Assembly: GCF_006345805.1 (NCBI RefSeq)
Contig: NW_021832282.1
Span: forward strand, 62,001 to 126,000
From: Octopus sinensis
Lineage: Eukaryota
Length of the DNA stretch: 64,000 nucleotides
Direction of reading: 5' to 3'
This document shows, piece after piece, positions 1 to 15,300 of the stretch; the first letter of the stretch is position 1, and every line of letters begins with the position of its first letter. The notes beneath the pieces were generated by a model. The model had not been told where the DNA came from. It ran no database searches and was given only the letters and a program-made list of their open reading frames with translations. A program made the translations under genes and the position numbers.

Positions 1-104
1 ATTTTTCCAGGGGCCCTTAAAATACTATTGTGAATCCCCAATTTATATGGACCCTCAGAGGTCATATGAACGACCCGGTTAAGAGCTATTGCTGTGTTTG
101 CATA

Positions 105-733
105 AGGCGGCGAGCTGGCAGAATCGTTAGCACGCCGGGCGAAATGCGTAGCCGTATTTCGTCTGCCACTACGTTCTGAGTTCAAATTCCGCCGAGGTCG
201 ACTTTGCCTTTCATCCTTTCGGGGTCGATAAATTAAGTACCAGTTACGCACTGGGGTCGATGTAATCGACTTAATACCTATGTCTGTCCTTGTTTGTCCT
301 CTCTGTGTTTAGTCCCTTGAGGGCAATAAAGAAATAGGTATTTCGTCTGCCGATACGTTCTGGGTTCAAATTCTTCCGAGGTCGACTTTACCTTTCATCC
401 TTTCGGGGTCGATAAATTAAGTACCAGTTACGCACTGGAGTCGATATAATCGACTTAATCCGTTTGTCTGTCCTTGTTTGTCCCCTCTATGTTTAGCCCC
501 TTGAGGGTAGTAAAGAAATAGGTATTTCGTCTGCCGTTGCGTTCTGAGTTCAAATTCTGCCGAGGTCGACTTTGCCTTTCATCCTTTCGGGGTCGATTAA
601 ATAAGTTCCAGTTACGCTCTCGGATCGACATAATCCGTTTGTCTGTCCTTGTTTGTCCTCTCTGTGTTTAGCCCCTTGTGGGTAGTAAAGAAATAGGTAT
701 TTCGTCTGTCGTTACGTTCTGACTTCAAATTCC
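105..733 (+). mobile_element. tRNA-derived SINE (family A) with its body and 3' end tandemly repeated (~184-bp unit, 3 copies plus a partial)
   Basis: Head AGGCGGCGAGCTGGCAGAATCGTTAG (A-box-like) and GAGTTCAAATTCC (B-box-like). Unit GTATTTCGTCTGCC...TAAAGAAATA restarts at ~153, ~338, ~522 and ~697. Single copies of the same element occur at 41436-41667 and 62484-62718. Confidence 0.85.
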
Positions 734-769
734 GAAAAGATCCTTTTTTTTCATTTATTTACCATGGGT

Positions 770-1157
770 TGGTTGGAAGCACTCCGTCGGTTACGACGAT
801 GAGAGTTCCGGTTGATCCGACCAACGGAACAGCCTGCTCGTGAAATTAACGTGTAAGTGGCTGAGCACTCCACAGACATGTGTACCCTTAACGTAGTTCT
901 CGGGGATATTCAGCGTGACACAGAGAGTGACAAGGCCGGCCCTTTGAAATACAGATACAACAGAAATAGGAAGTAAGAGTGAGAGAAAGTTGTGGTGAAA
1001 GAGTACAGCAGGGATCACCACCATCCCCTGCCGGAGCCTCGTGGAGCTTTTAGGTGTTTTCGCTCAATAAACACTCACAACGCCCGGTCTGAAAATCGAA
1101 ACCGCGATCCCACGACCGCGAGTCCGCTGCCCTAACCACTGGGCCATTGCGCCTCCA
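770..1157 (-). mobile_element. tRNA-derived SINE (family B), full length, with a 10-bp TSD
   Basis: Minus strand begins TGGAGGCGCAATGGCCCAGTGGTTAGG...GGTTTCGATT (A and B boxes). TACCATGGGT flanks it at 760-769 and 1158-1167. A homologous copy lies at 36797-37176. Confidence 0.85.
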
Positions 1158-1457
1158 TACCATGGGTAATATACAGTTGACTGAACAAATTGATGAAAAT
1201 TGAAACCTTTTCTGAATGTACTAAATTACATTAGGGACTTATAACTTATGGCACCGGCACCATCGAAAGCTACGTGTACAAGAGTCGGTGCTCCACCCCC
1301 TTCATCCTGAAATAATTTAAATACATCGTCAAGGGGTCGTTTTCTTGATTCCCACAAGACCAGGAACAGAGGAACTGGTGTTTCAATCCCTACAAGAAGA
1401 TTAAACGAGTAAATAACGTTTCGGGACCTTCTTGAGGTCTCACTTGATCGTCAAATA

Positions 1458-2385
1458 TATTTCTTTACTACCAATAAGGGGCTAAACACAGAGGGAACAA
1501 ACAAGGACAGACAAAAGGATTAAGTCGATTATATCAACCCCAGTGCGTAACTGGTACTTAGTTTATCGACCCCGAAAGGATGAAAGGCAAAGTCGACCTC
1601 GGCGGAATTTGAACTCAGAACGTATCGGTAGACGAAATACCTATTTCTTTATTGCCCTCAAGGGACTAAACACAGAGAGGACAGACATAGTTATTAAGTC
1701 GATTACATTGACCCCAGTGCGTAACTGGTACTTAATCGACCCCGAAAGGATGAAAGGCAACGTCGACCTCGGCAGAATTTGAACTCAGAACGTAACGGCA
1801 GACGAAATAACCTATTTCTTTATTGCCCTCAGGGGACTAAACACAGAGAGGACAAACAAGGACAGTCATAGGTATTAAGTCGATTACATTGACCCCAGTG
1901 CGTAACTGGTACTTAATTTATCGACCCCGAAAGGATGAAAGGCAACGTCTACCTCGGCGGAATTTGAACTCAGAACGTATCGGCAGACGAAATACCTATT
2001 TCTTTACTACCCACAAGGGACTAAACACAGAGGGGACAAACAAGGACAGACATAGGTATTAAGTCGATTACATCGACCCCAGTGCGTAACTGGTACTTAA
2101 TTTATCGACCCCGAAAGGATGAAAGGCAACATCGACCTCGGCGGAATTTGAACTCAGAACGTATCGGCAGACGAAATACCTATTTCTTTACTACCCACAA
2201 GGGACTAAACACAGAGGGGACAAACAAGGACAGACATAGGTATTAAGTCGATTACATCGACCCCAGTGCGTAACTGGTACTTAATTTATCGACCCCGAAA
2301 GGATGAAAGGCAAAGTCGACCTCGGCGGAATTTGAACTCAGAACGTATCGGCAGACGAAATATGGCTACGCATATCACCCGGCGA
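1458..2385 (-). mobile_element. SINE family A, five tandem ~170-184-bp units on the minus strand
   Basis: Unit TATTTCTTT...GACGAAATAC restarts at ~1458, 1642, 1813, 1997 and 2181, with a head remnant at ~2360-2385. It is the reverse complement of the array at 105-733. Confidence 0.85.
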
Positions 2386-2470
2386 AATCATGTATTTCTT
2401 TGTATTGCAATCGTATGTTCATATTGTATATTTTTCTCGCACTTGTGGTGAACGAACCTGATTTATTGGC

Positions 2471-2497
2471 ACCACACACACACACACACACACACAC
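2471..2497. repeat. (CA)n microsatellite
   Basis: Direct reading. Confidence 0.95.
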
Positions 2498-2538
2498 GTC
2501 CTTTCGTCGATATCGATCTTACATTGTAATAAATATCT

Positions 2539-2673
2539 GGCGATCCCACGGTTTACATTTCTGAAGATAAGAGAAATCCTTTTCTCCCACCCCTAACCCT
2601 AACCCCTCTCCCCCATATATAAAAAGAAAACACTTTCTTGAAATATATCCGGTACTTATACCGAAGTTACGCC
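2539..2673 (+). mobile_element. Short MITE-like element X (copy 1)
   Basis: Begins GGCGATCC, ends ACCGAAGTTACGCC, internal CCCACCCCTAACCCTAA. Homologous to 3080-3273 and 35106-35262. Confidence 0.6.
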
Positions 2674-3079
2674 CTATTACTTTTATACACATGAAAAGTA
2701 ACATTAGATGACAAATCTATCGTGGAAGTACCATATGTACCAAGTGCCGTATGAATATGTCCCTCGTTTAAAAAACAGATTGGGTTTATTTACATTTGTT
2801 AAGAAAAAAAGATGCCCTTCTCCCCACCCCTAAAACATTTGACCATTCATTAATGAACTCTCTCTATGGGTATATTTTAATCTATACAGCATTCAAATTC
2901 GCCGTGTCCACATTATCCCTTGATGTAGAATTAGACGCACACCTCCTTTCTTCGATATCGATGTTACACTGTAATAAATATCTTTACTTCCTTTTATACA
3001 CATGAAACGAAACATTACTTGACAAATCTATCGTGGAAGTACTGTGCTTTGACCATTCATAATGAACTCTCTCTGTATG

Positions 3080-3273
3080 GGCGATCCTTCGGTATATGTA
3101 CACACGTGACTTTGTTTACATTTCTGATGATAAGAGAAACCCTTTTCTCCCACCCCTAACCCTAACCCCCAACACAAGCACAAACCCTAAACCCCCCCCC
3201 CATATAGAAAAAAAACAACACTTTCTTGAAATGTATCCGGTACTTACGCCAGGACTTATACCGAAGTTACGCC
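3080..3273 (+). mobile_element. Short MITE-like element X (copy 2)
   Basis: GGCGATCCTTCGGTA ... TACCGAAGTTACGCC imperfect 15-bp TIRs (12/15 complementary). Confidence 0.6.
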
Positions 3274-3338
3274 CTTTGCTTTTATATACATGAAACGAAA
3301 CATTACTTGACAAATCTATCGTGGAAGTACTGTGCTTT

Positions 3339-6300
3339 GACCATTCATTAATGAACTCTCTCTCTCTCTCTCTCTATGTGTATGTACATCGGTATATTTT
3401 GATCTACGCAGACACCATTCAATAATGGGCTTTCTCTGTATATGGGTATGTGTATGGGTATATTTTGATCTATGCAGAGACCATTCAAAAATGAAGGTTC
3501 TCTTACTATGTGTATGTTTTAATCTATGGCTATGTTTTAATCAAAGTAGAGACTTTTCAATAATGAAGGTGCTCTCTGAATGTGTATATACATGGGTATA
3601 TTTTAATAGACGCACAGACCATTCAATAATGAAGGTTCTCTTTCTATGTGTATGTACAGGGGTATTTTTTTATCTATGCAGAGACCATTCAATCTCTGAA
3701 TGTGTATTGCTATGGGCATATGCTGATCTATTCAGAGAATTTTCAATAATGAACTTTCTCTCTGTATTACTATATACATGGCTATATTTTAATCTACGTA
3801 GAGACCATTCAATCTGACCATTCATTAACGAACTCTCTCTATGTCTATATACATGGCTATATTTTAATCTACGCAGAGAGCATTCAATCTGACCATTCAT
3901 TAACGAACTCTCTCTATGTCTATATACATGTCTATATTTTAATCTACGTAGAGACCATTCAATCTGACCATTCATTAACGAACTCTCTCTATGTCTATAT
4001 ACATGGCTATATTTTAATCTACGCAGAGACCATTCAATCTGACCATTCATTAACGAACACTCTCTATGTCTATATACATGGCTATATTTTAATCTACGCA
4101 GAGACCATTCAATCTGACCATTCATTAACGAACTCTCTCTATGTCTCTTTACATGGCTATATTTTAATCTACGCAGAGACCATTCAATCTGACCATTCAT
4201 TAACGAACTCTCTGTATGTCTCTTTACATGTCTATATTTTAATCTACGCAGAGACCATTCAATCTGACCATTCATTAACGAACTCTCTGTATGTCTCTTT
4301 ACATGTCTATATTTTAATCTACGCAGAGACCATTCAATCTGACCATTCATTAACGAACTCTCTCTATGTCTATATACATGGCTATATTTTAATATACGCA
4401 GAGACCATTCAATCTGACCATTCATTAACGAACTCTCTCTATGTCTCTTTACATGGCTATATTTTAATCTACGCAGAGACCATTCAATCTGACCATTCAT
4501 TAACGAACTCTCTCTATGTCTATATACATGGCTATATTTTAATCTACGCAGAGACCATTCAATCTGACCATTCATTAACGAACTCTCTCTATGTCACTTT
4601 ACATGTCTATATTTTAATCTACGCAGAGACCATTCAATCTGACCATTCATTAACGAACTCTCTCTATGTCTCTTTACATGGCTATATTTCAATCTACGCA
4701 GAGACCATTCAATCTGACCATTCATTAACGAACTCTCTCTATGTCTCTTTACATGTCTATATTTTAATCTACGCAGAGACCATTCAATCTGACCATTCAT
4801 TAGCGAACTCTCTCTATGTCTATATACATGGCTATATTTTAATCTACGTACAGACCATTCAATCTGACCATTCATTAACGAACTCTCTCTATGTCTCTTT
4901 ACATGGCTATATTTTAATCTACGCAGAGACCATTCAATCTGACCATTCATTAGCGAACTCTCTCTATGTCTATATACATGTCTATATCTTAATCTACGTA
5001 GAGACCATTCAATCTGACCATTCATTAGCGAAATCTCTCTATGTCTATATACATGGCTATATTTTAATCTACGCAGAGACCATTCAATCTGACCATTCAT
5101 TAGCGAAATCTCTCTATGTCTATATACATGGCTATATTTTAATCTACGCAGAGACCATTCAATCTGACCATTCATTAGCGAACTCTCTCTATGTCTATAT
5201 GCATGGCTATATTTTAATCTACGTAGAGACCATTCAATCTGACCCTTCAGTAACGAACTCTCTCTATGTCTATATACATTGCTATATTTTAATCTACGCA
5301 GAAACCATTCAATCTGACCATTCCTTAGCGAAATCTCTCTATGTCTATATACATGGCTATATTTTACTCAACGTAGAGACCATTCAATCTGACCCTTCAT
5401 TAACGAACTCTCTGTATGTCTATATACATGGCTATATTTTAATCTACGTAGAGACCATTCAATCTAACCATTCATTAACGAACTCTCTCTATGTCTATAT
5501 ACATGGCTATATTTTAATCTACGCAGAGACCATTCAATCTGACCATTCATTAACGAACTCTCTCTATGTCTATATACATGTCTATATTTTAATCTACGTA
5601 GAGACCATTCAATCTGACCATTCATTAACGAACTCTCTCTATGTCTATATACATGGCTATATTTTAATCTACGCAGAGACCATTCAATCTGACCATTCAT
5701 TAACGAACTCTCTCTATGTCTATATACATGGCTATATTTTAATCTACGCAGAGACCATTCAATCTGACCATTCATTAACGAACTCTCTCTATGTCTCTTT
5801 ACATGGCTATATTTTAATCTACGTAGAGACCATTCAATCTGACCATTCATTAACGAACTCTCTGTATGTCTCTTACATGTCTATATTTTAATCTACGCAG
5901 AGACCATTCATCTGACCATTCATTAACGAACTCTCTGTATGTCTCTTTACATGTCTATATTTTAATCTACGCAGAGACCATTCAATCTGACCATTCATTA
6001 ACGAACTCTCTCTATGTCTATATACATGGCTATATTTTAATATACGCAGAGACCATTCAATCTGACCATTCATTAACGAACTCTCTCTATGTCTCTTTAC
6101 ATGGCTATATTTTAATCTACGCAGAGACCATTCAATCTGACCATTCATTAACGAACTCTCTGTATGTCTCTTTACATGTCTATATTTTAATCTACGTAGA
6201 GACCATTCAATCTGACCATTCATTAACGAACTCTCTGTATGTCTCTTTACATGTCTATATTTTAATCTACGCAGAGACCATTCAATCTGACCATTCATTA

Positions 6301-9300
6301 ACGAACTCTCTGTATGTCTCTTTACATGTCTATATTTTAATCTACGTAGAGACCATTCAATCTGACCATTCATTAACGAACTCTCTGTATGTCTCTTTAC
6401 ATATCTATATTTTAATCTACGCAGAGACCATTCAATCTGACCATTCATTAACGAACTCTCTATGTCTATATACATGGCTATATTTTAATCTACGCAGAGA
6501 CCATTCAATCTGACCATTCATTAACGAACTCTCTCTATGTCTATATACATGGCTATATTTTAATCTACGCAGAGACCATTCAATCTGACCATTCATTAAC
6601 GAACTCTCTCTATGTCACTTTACATGTCTATATTTTTAATCTTAATCTACGCAGAGACCATTCAATCTGACCATTCATTAACGAACTCTCTCTATGTCTC
6701 TTACATGTCTATATTTTAATCTACGTAGAGACCATTCAATCTGACCATTCATTAACGAACTCTCTGTATGTCTCTTTACATGTCTATATTTTAATCTACG
6801 CAGAGACCATTCAATCTGACCATTCATTAACGAACTCTCTGTATGTCTCTTTACATGTCTATATTTTAATCTACGCAGAGACCATTCAATCTGACCATTC
6901 ATTAACGAACTCTCTCTATGTCTATATACATGGCTATATTTTAATCTACGCAGAGACCATTCAATCTGACCATTCATTAACGAACTCTCTCTATGTCTCT
7001 TTACATGGCTATATTTTAATCTACGCAGAGACCATTCAATCTGACCATTCATTAACGAACTCTCTCTATGTCTCTTTACATGTCTATATTTTAATCTACG
7101 CAGAGACCATTCAATCTGACCATTCATTAACGAACTCTCTGTATGTCTCTTTACATGTCTATATTTTAATCTACGCAGAGACCATTCAATCTGACCATTC
7201 ATTAACGAACTCTCTGTATGTCTCTTTACATGTCTATATTTTAATCTACGTAGAGACCATTCAATCTGACCATTCATTAACGAACTCTCTGTATGTCTCT
7301 TTACATGTCTATATTTTAATCTACGCAGAGACCATTCAATCTGACCATTCATTAACGAACTCTCTGTATGTCTATATACATGGCTATATTTTAATCTACG
7401 CAGAGACCATTCAATCTGACCATTCATTAACGAACTCTCTCTATGTCTATATACATGGCTATATTTTAATCTACGCAGAGACCATTCAATCTGACCATTC
7501 ATTAACGAACTCTCTCTATGTCACTTTACATGTCTATATTTTAATCTACGCAGAGACCATTCAATCTGACCATTCATTAACGAACTCTCTCTATGTCTCT
7601 TTACATGGCTATATTTCAATCTACGCAGAGACCATTCAATCTGACCATTCATTAACGAACTCTCTCTATGTCTCTTTACATGTCTATATTTTAATCTACG
7701 CAGAGACCATTCAATCTGACCATTCATTAGCGAACTCTCTCTATGTCTATATACATGGCTATATTTTAATCTACGTAGAGACCATTCAATCTGACCATTC
7801 ATTAACGAACTCTCTCTATGTCTCTTTACATGGCTATATTTTATCTACGCAGAGACCATTCAATCTGACCATTCATTAGCGAACTCTCTCTATGTCTATA
7901 TACATGTCTATATTTTAATCTACGTAGAGACCATTCAATCTGACCATTCATTAGCGAAATCTCTCTATGTCTATATACATGGCTATATTTTAATCTACGC
8001 AGAGACCATTCAATCTGACCATTCATTAGCGAAATCTCTCTATGTCTATATACATGGCTATATTTTAATCTACGCAGAGACCATTCAATCTGACCATTCA
8101 TTAGCGAACTCTCTCTATGTCTATATGCATGGCTATATTTTAATCTACGTAGAGACCATTCAATCTGACCTTCATTAACGAACTCTCTCTATGTCTATAT
8201 ACATTGCTATATTTTAATCTACGCAGAAACCATTCAATCTGACCATTCATTAACGAACTCTCTCTATGTCTATATACATGGATATTTTAATCTACGTAGA
8301 GACCATTCAATCTGACCCTTCATTAACGAACTCTCTGTATGTCTATATACATGGCTATATTTTAATCTACGTAGAGACCATTCAATCTAACCATTCATTA
8401 ACGAACTCTCTCTATGTCTATATACATGTCTATATTTTAATCTACGCAGAGACCATTCAATCTGACCATTCATTAACGAACTCTCTCTATGTCTCTATAC
8501 ATGACTATATTTTAATCTACGCAGAGACCATTCAATCTGACCATTCATTAACGAACTCTCTCTATGTCTATATACATGACTATATTTTAATCTACGCAGA
8601 GACCATTCAATCTGACCATTCATTAACGATCTCTCTCTATGTCTATATACATGACTATATTTTAATCTACGCAGAGACCATTCAATCTGACCGTTCATTA
8701 ACGAACTCTCTATGTCTATATACATGACTATATTTTAATCTACGCAGAGACCATTCAATCTGACCATTCATTAACGAACTCTCTGTATGTCTCTTTACAT
8801 GTCTATATTTTAATCTACGCAGAGACCATTCAATCTGACCATTCATTAACGAACTCTCTATGTCTCTTTTCATGTCTATATTTTAATCTACACAGAGACC
8901 ATTCAATCTGACCATTCATTAACGAACTCTCTGTATGTCTATATATATGACTATATTTTAATCTACGCAGAGACCATTCATCTGACCATTCATTAACGAA
9001 CTCTCTCTATGTCTATATACATGGCTATATTTTAATCTACGCAGAGACCATTCAATCTGACCATTCATTAACGAACTCTCTCTATGTCTATAACATGGCT
9101 ATATTTTAATCTACGTAGAGACCATTCAATCTGACCATTCATTAACGAACTCTCTCTATGTCTATATACATGGCTATATTTTAATCTACGCAGAGACCAT
9201 TCAATCTGACAATTCATTAACGAACTCTCTCTATGTCTCTTTTCATGTCTATATTTTAATCTACGCAGAGACCATTCAATCTAACTATTCATTAACGATC

Positions 9301-12300
9301 TCTCTCTATGTCTATATACATGGCTATATTTGAATCTACGCAGAGACCATTCAATCTGACCATTCATTAACGAACTCTCTCTATGTCTCTTTTCATGTCT
9401 ATATTTTAATCTACGCAGAGACCATTCAATCTAACTATTCATTAACGATCTCTCTCTATGTCTATATACATGGCTATATTTGAATCTACGCAGAGACCAT
9501 TCAATCTGACCATTCATTAACGAACTCTCACTATGTCTATATACATGGCTATATTTAATCTACGTAGAGACCATTCATCTAACCATTCATTAACGAACTC
9601 TCTATTTCTCTACATACATGGCTATATTTTAATCTACGCAGAGACCATTCAATCTGACCATTCATTAACGAACCCTCACTATGTCTATATACATGGCTAT
9701 ATTTTAATCTACGTAGAGACCATTCAATCTGACTATTCATTAACGAACTCTCTCTATGTCTATATACATGACTATATTTAATCTACGCAGAGACCATTCA
9801 ATCTGACCATTCATTAACGAACTCTCTCTATGTCTTTACATGACTATATTTTAATCTACGCAGAGACCATTCAATCTGATCATTCATTAACGAACTCTCT
9901 CTATGTCTATATACATGACTATATTTTAATCTACGCGAGACCATTCAATCTGACCATTCATTAACGAACTCTCTCTATGTCTATATACATGGCTATATTT
10001 TAATCTACGCAGAGACCATTCAATCTGACATCATTAACGAACTCTCTCTATGTCTATATACATGGCTATATTTTAATCTACGCAGAGACCATTCAATCTA
10101 ACATTCATTAACGAACTCTCTCTATGTCTATATACATGGCTATATTTTAATCTACGCAGAGACCATTCAATCTGACCATTCATTAACGAACTCTCTCTAT
10201 GTCTCTTTACATGACTATATTTTAATCTACGCAGAGACCATTCAATCTGACCATTCTTAACGAACTCTCTCTATGTCTATATACATGACTATATTTTAAT
10301 CTACGCAGAGACCATTCAATCTGACCATTCATTAACGAACTCTCTCTATGCTATTACATGACTATATTTTAAGCTACGTAGAGACCATTCAATCTGACCA
10401 TTCATTAACGAACTCTCTCTATGTCTATTTACATGACTATATTTTAATCTACGCAGAGACCATTCAATCTGACCATTCTTTAACGAACTCTCTCTATGTC
10501 TATAACATGACTATATTTTAATCTACGCAGAGACCATTCAATCTGACCATTCATTAACGAACTCTCTCTATGTCTATTTACATGACTATATTTTAAGCTA
10601 CGTAGAGACCATTCAATCTGACCATTCATTAACGAACTCTCTCTATGTCTATTTACATGACTATATTTTAATCTACGTGGAGACCATTCAATCTGACCAT
10701 TCATTAACGAACTCTCTCTATGTCTATTTACATGACTATATTTTAATCTACGTAGAGACCATTCAATCTGACCATTCATTAACGAACTCTCTCTATGTCT
10801 ATTTACATGACTATATTTAATCTACGTAGAGACCATTCAATCTGACCATTCATTAACGAACTCTCTCTATGTCTATTACATGACTATATTTTAATCTACG
10901 TAGAGACCATTCAATCTGACCATTCATTAACGAACTCTCTCTATGTCTATTTACATGACTATATTTTAATCTACGCAGAGACCATTCAATCTGACCATTC
11001 ATTAACGAACTCTCTCTATGTCTATATACATGGCTATATTTTAATCTACGCAGAGACCATTCAATCTGACCATTCATTAACGAACTCTCTCTATGTCTAT
11101 ATACATGACTATATTTTAATCTACGTAGAGACCATTCAATCTGACCATTCATTAACGAACTCTCTCTATGTCTATATACATGGCTATATTTTAATCTACG
11201 CAGAGACCATTCAATCTGACAATTCATTAACGAACTCTCTCTATGTCTCTTTTCATGTCTATATTTTAATCTACGCAGAGACCATTCAATCTAACTATTC
11301 ATTAACGATCTCTCTCTATGTCTATATACATGGCTATATTTGAATCTACGCAGAGACCATTCAATCTGACCATTCATTAACGAACTCTCTCTATGTCTCT
11401 TTACATGTCTATATTTTAATCTACGCAGAGACCATTCAATCTACCATTCATTAACGAACTCTCTCTATGTCTATATACATGGCTATATTGAATCTACGCA
11501 GAGACCATTCAATCTGACCATTCATTAACGAACTCTCACTATGTCTATATACATGGCTATATTTTAATCTACGTAGAGACCATTCAATCTAACCATTCAT
11601 TAACGAACTCTTTCTATGTCTACATACATGGCTATATTTTAATCTACGCAGAGACCATTCAATCTGACCATTCATTAACGAACCCTCACTATGTCTATAT
11701 ACATGGCTATATTTTAATCTACGTAGAGACCATTCAATCTGACTATTCATTAACGAACTCTCTCTATGTCTATATACATGACTATATTTTAATCTACGCA
11801 GAGACCATTCAATCTGACCATTCATTAACGAACTCTCTCTATGTCTATTACATGACTATATTTAATCTACGCAGAGACCATTCAATCTGACCATTCATTA
11901 ACGAACTCTCTCTATGTCTATATACATGACTATATTTTAATCTACGCAGAGACCATTCAATCTGACCATTCATTAACGAACTCTCTCTATGTCTATATAC
12001 ATGGCTATATTTTAATCTACGCAGAGACCATTCAATCTGACAATTCATTAACGAACTCTCTCTATGTCTATATACATGGCTATATTTTAATCTACGCAGA
12101 GACCATTCAATCTGACCATTCATTAACGAACTCTCTCTATGTCTATTTACATGCTATATTTTAATCTACGCAGAGACCATTCAATCTGACCATTCATTAA
12201 CGAACTCTCTCTATGTCTCTTACATGACTATATTTTAATCTACGCAGAGACCATTCAATCTGACCATTCATTAACGAACTCTCTCTATGTCTATATACAT

Positions 12301-15300
12301 GACTATATTTTAAGCTACGCAGAGACCATTCAATCTGACCATTCATTAACGAACTCTCTCTATGTCTATTTACATGACTATATTTTAAGCTACGTAGAGA
12401 CCATTCAATCTGACCATTCATTAACGAACTCTCTCTATGTCTATTTACATGACTATATTTTAATCTACGCAGAGACCATTCAATCTGACCATTCTTTAAC
12501 GAACTCTCTCTATGTCTATATACATGACTATATTTTAAGCTACGCAGAGACCATTCAATCTGACCATTCATTAACGAACTCTCTCTATGTCTATTTACAT
12601 GACTATATTTTAAGCTACGTAGAGACCATTCAATCTGACCATTCATTAACGAACTCTCTCTATGTCTATTTACATGACTATATTTTAATCTACGTAGAGA
12701 CCATTCAATCTGACCATTCATTAACGAACTCTCTCTATGTCTATTTACATGACTATATTTTAATCTACGTAGAGACCATTCAATCTGACCATTCATTAAC
12801 GAACTCTCTCTATGTCTATTTACATGACTATATTTTAATCTACGTAGAGACCATTCAATCTGACCATTCATTAACGAACTCTCTCTATGTCTATTTACAT
12901 GACTATATTTTAATCTACGTAGAGACCATTCAATCTGACCATTCATTAACGAACTCTCTCTATGTCTATTTACATGACTATATTTTAATCTAAGCAGAGA
13001 CCATTCAATCTGACCATTCATTAACGAACTCTCTCTATGTCTATATACATGGCTATATTTTAATCTACGTAGAGACCATTCAATCTGACCATTCATTAAC
13101 GAACTCTCTCTATGTCTATATACATGACTATATTTTAATCTACATAGAGACCATTCAATCTGACCATTCATTAACGAACTCTCTCTATGTCTATATACAT
13201 GACTATATTTAATCTACGCAGAGACCATTCAATCTGACCATTCATTAACGAACTCTCTCTATGTCTATATACATGACTATATTTTAATCTACGCAGAGAC
13301 CATTCAATCTGACCATTCATTAACGATCTCTCTCTATGTCTATATACATGACTATATTTTAATCTACGCAGAGACCATTCAATCTGACCATTCATTAACG
13401 AACTCTCTCTATGTCTATATACATGACTATATTTTAATCTACGCAGAGACCATTCAATCTGACCATTCATTAACGAACTCTCTCTATGTCTCTTTACATG
13501 TCTATATTTTAATCTACGCAGAGACCATTCAATCTGACCATTCATTAACGAACTCTCTCTATGTCTCTTTTCATGTCTATATTTTAATCTACGCAGAGAC
13601 CATTCAATCTGACCATTCATTAACGAACTCTCTCTATGTCTATATATATGACTATATTTTAATCTACGCAGAGACCATTCAATCTGACAATTCATTAACG
13701 AACTCTCTCTATGTCTATATACATGGCTATATTTTAATCTACGCAGAGACCATTCAATCTGACCATTCATTAACGAACTCTCTCTATGTCTATATACATG
13801 ACTATATTTTAATCTACGTAGAGACCATTCAATCTGACCATTCATTAACGAACTCTCTCTATGTCTATATACATGGCTATATTTTAATCTACGCAGAGAC
13901 CATTCAATCTGACCATTCATTAACGAACTCTCTCTATGTCTCTTTTCATGTCTATATTTTAATCTACGCAGAGACCATTCAATCTAACCATTCATTAACG
14001 AACTCTCTCTATGTCTATACATGGTATATTTGAATCTACGCAGAGACCATTCAATCTGACCATTCATTAACGAACTCTCACTATGTCTATATACATGGCT
14101 ATATTTTAATCTACGTAGAGACCATTCAATCTGACCATTCATTAACGAACTCTTTCTATGTCTACATACATGGCTATATTTTAATCTACGCAGAGACCAT
14201 TCAATCTGACCATTCAATCTGACCATTCATTAACGAACCCTCACTATGTCTATATACATGGCTATATTTTAATCTACGTAGAGACCATTCAATCTGACCA
14301 TTCATTAACGAACTCTCTCTATGTCTATATACATGGCTATATTTTAATCTACGTAGAGACCATTCAATCTGACTATTCATTAACGAACTCTCTCTATGTC
14401 TATATACATGACTATATTTTAATCTACGCAGAGACCATTCAATCTGACCATTCATTAACGAACTCTCTCTATGTCTCTTTACATGACTATATTTTAATCT
14501 ACGCAGAGACCATTCAATCTGATCATTCATTAACGAACTCTCTCTATGTCTATATACATGACTATATTTTAATCTACGCAGAGACCATTCAATCTGACCA
14601 TTCATTAACGAACTCTCTCTATGTCTATATACATGGCTATATTTTAATCTACGCAGAGACCATTCAATCTGACAATCCATTAACGAACTCTCTCTATGTC
14701 TATATACATGGCTATATTTTAATCTACGCAGAGACCATTCAATCTAACTATTCATTAACGAACTCTCTCTATGTCTATATACATGGCTATATTTTAATCT
14801 ACGCAGAGACCATTCAATCTGACCATTCATTAACGAACTCTCTCTATGTCTCTTTACATGACTATATTTTAATCTACGCAGAGACCATTCAATCTGACCA
14901 TTCTTTAACGAACTCTCTCTATGTCTATATACATGACTATATTTTAAGCTACGCAGAGACCATTCAATCTGACCATTCATTAACGAACTCTCTCTATGTC
15001 TATTTACATGACTATATTTTAAGCTACGTAGAGACCATTCAATCTGACCATTCATTAACGAACTCTCTCTATGTCTATTTACATGACTATATTTTAATCT
15101 ACGTAGAGACCATTCAATCTGACCATTCATTAACGAACTCTCTCTATGTCTATTTACATGACTATATTTTAATCTACGTAGAGACCATTCAATCTGACCA
15201 TTCATTAACGAACTCTCTCTATGTCTATTTACATGACTATATTTAATCTACGTAGAGACCATTCAATCTGACCATTCATTAACGAACTCTCTCTATGTCT

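Larger units (their letters stand above)
2498..3338 (+). repeat. Degenerate tandem copies of a ~200-bp parent unit (W-Y-satellite monomer-Z), interrupted by MITE copies
   Basis: W (TCGATATCGAT..GTAATAAATATCT) at ~2507 and ~2951. Y (TTTTATACACATGAAA..ATCGTGGAAGTAC) at ~2681, ~2992 and ~3280. Satellite monomer starts at 2841, 3051 and 3339. Z at 2889-2936. Confidence 0.7.

Noticed and set aside
1240-1450. GC-balanced unique stretch as a possible exon
   Set aside because: No frame gives a recognisable protein; at most an old repeat remnant.
3121-3145. CTGATGA...GAAAC in MITE X resembling a hammerhead core
   Set aside because: No stem II or stem I can form, and the other X copies do not conserve the motif.
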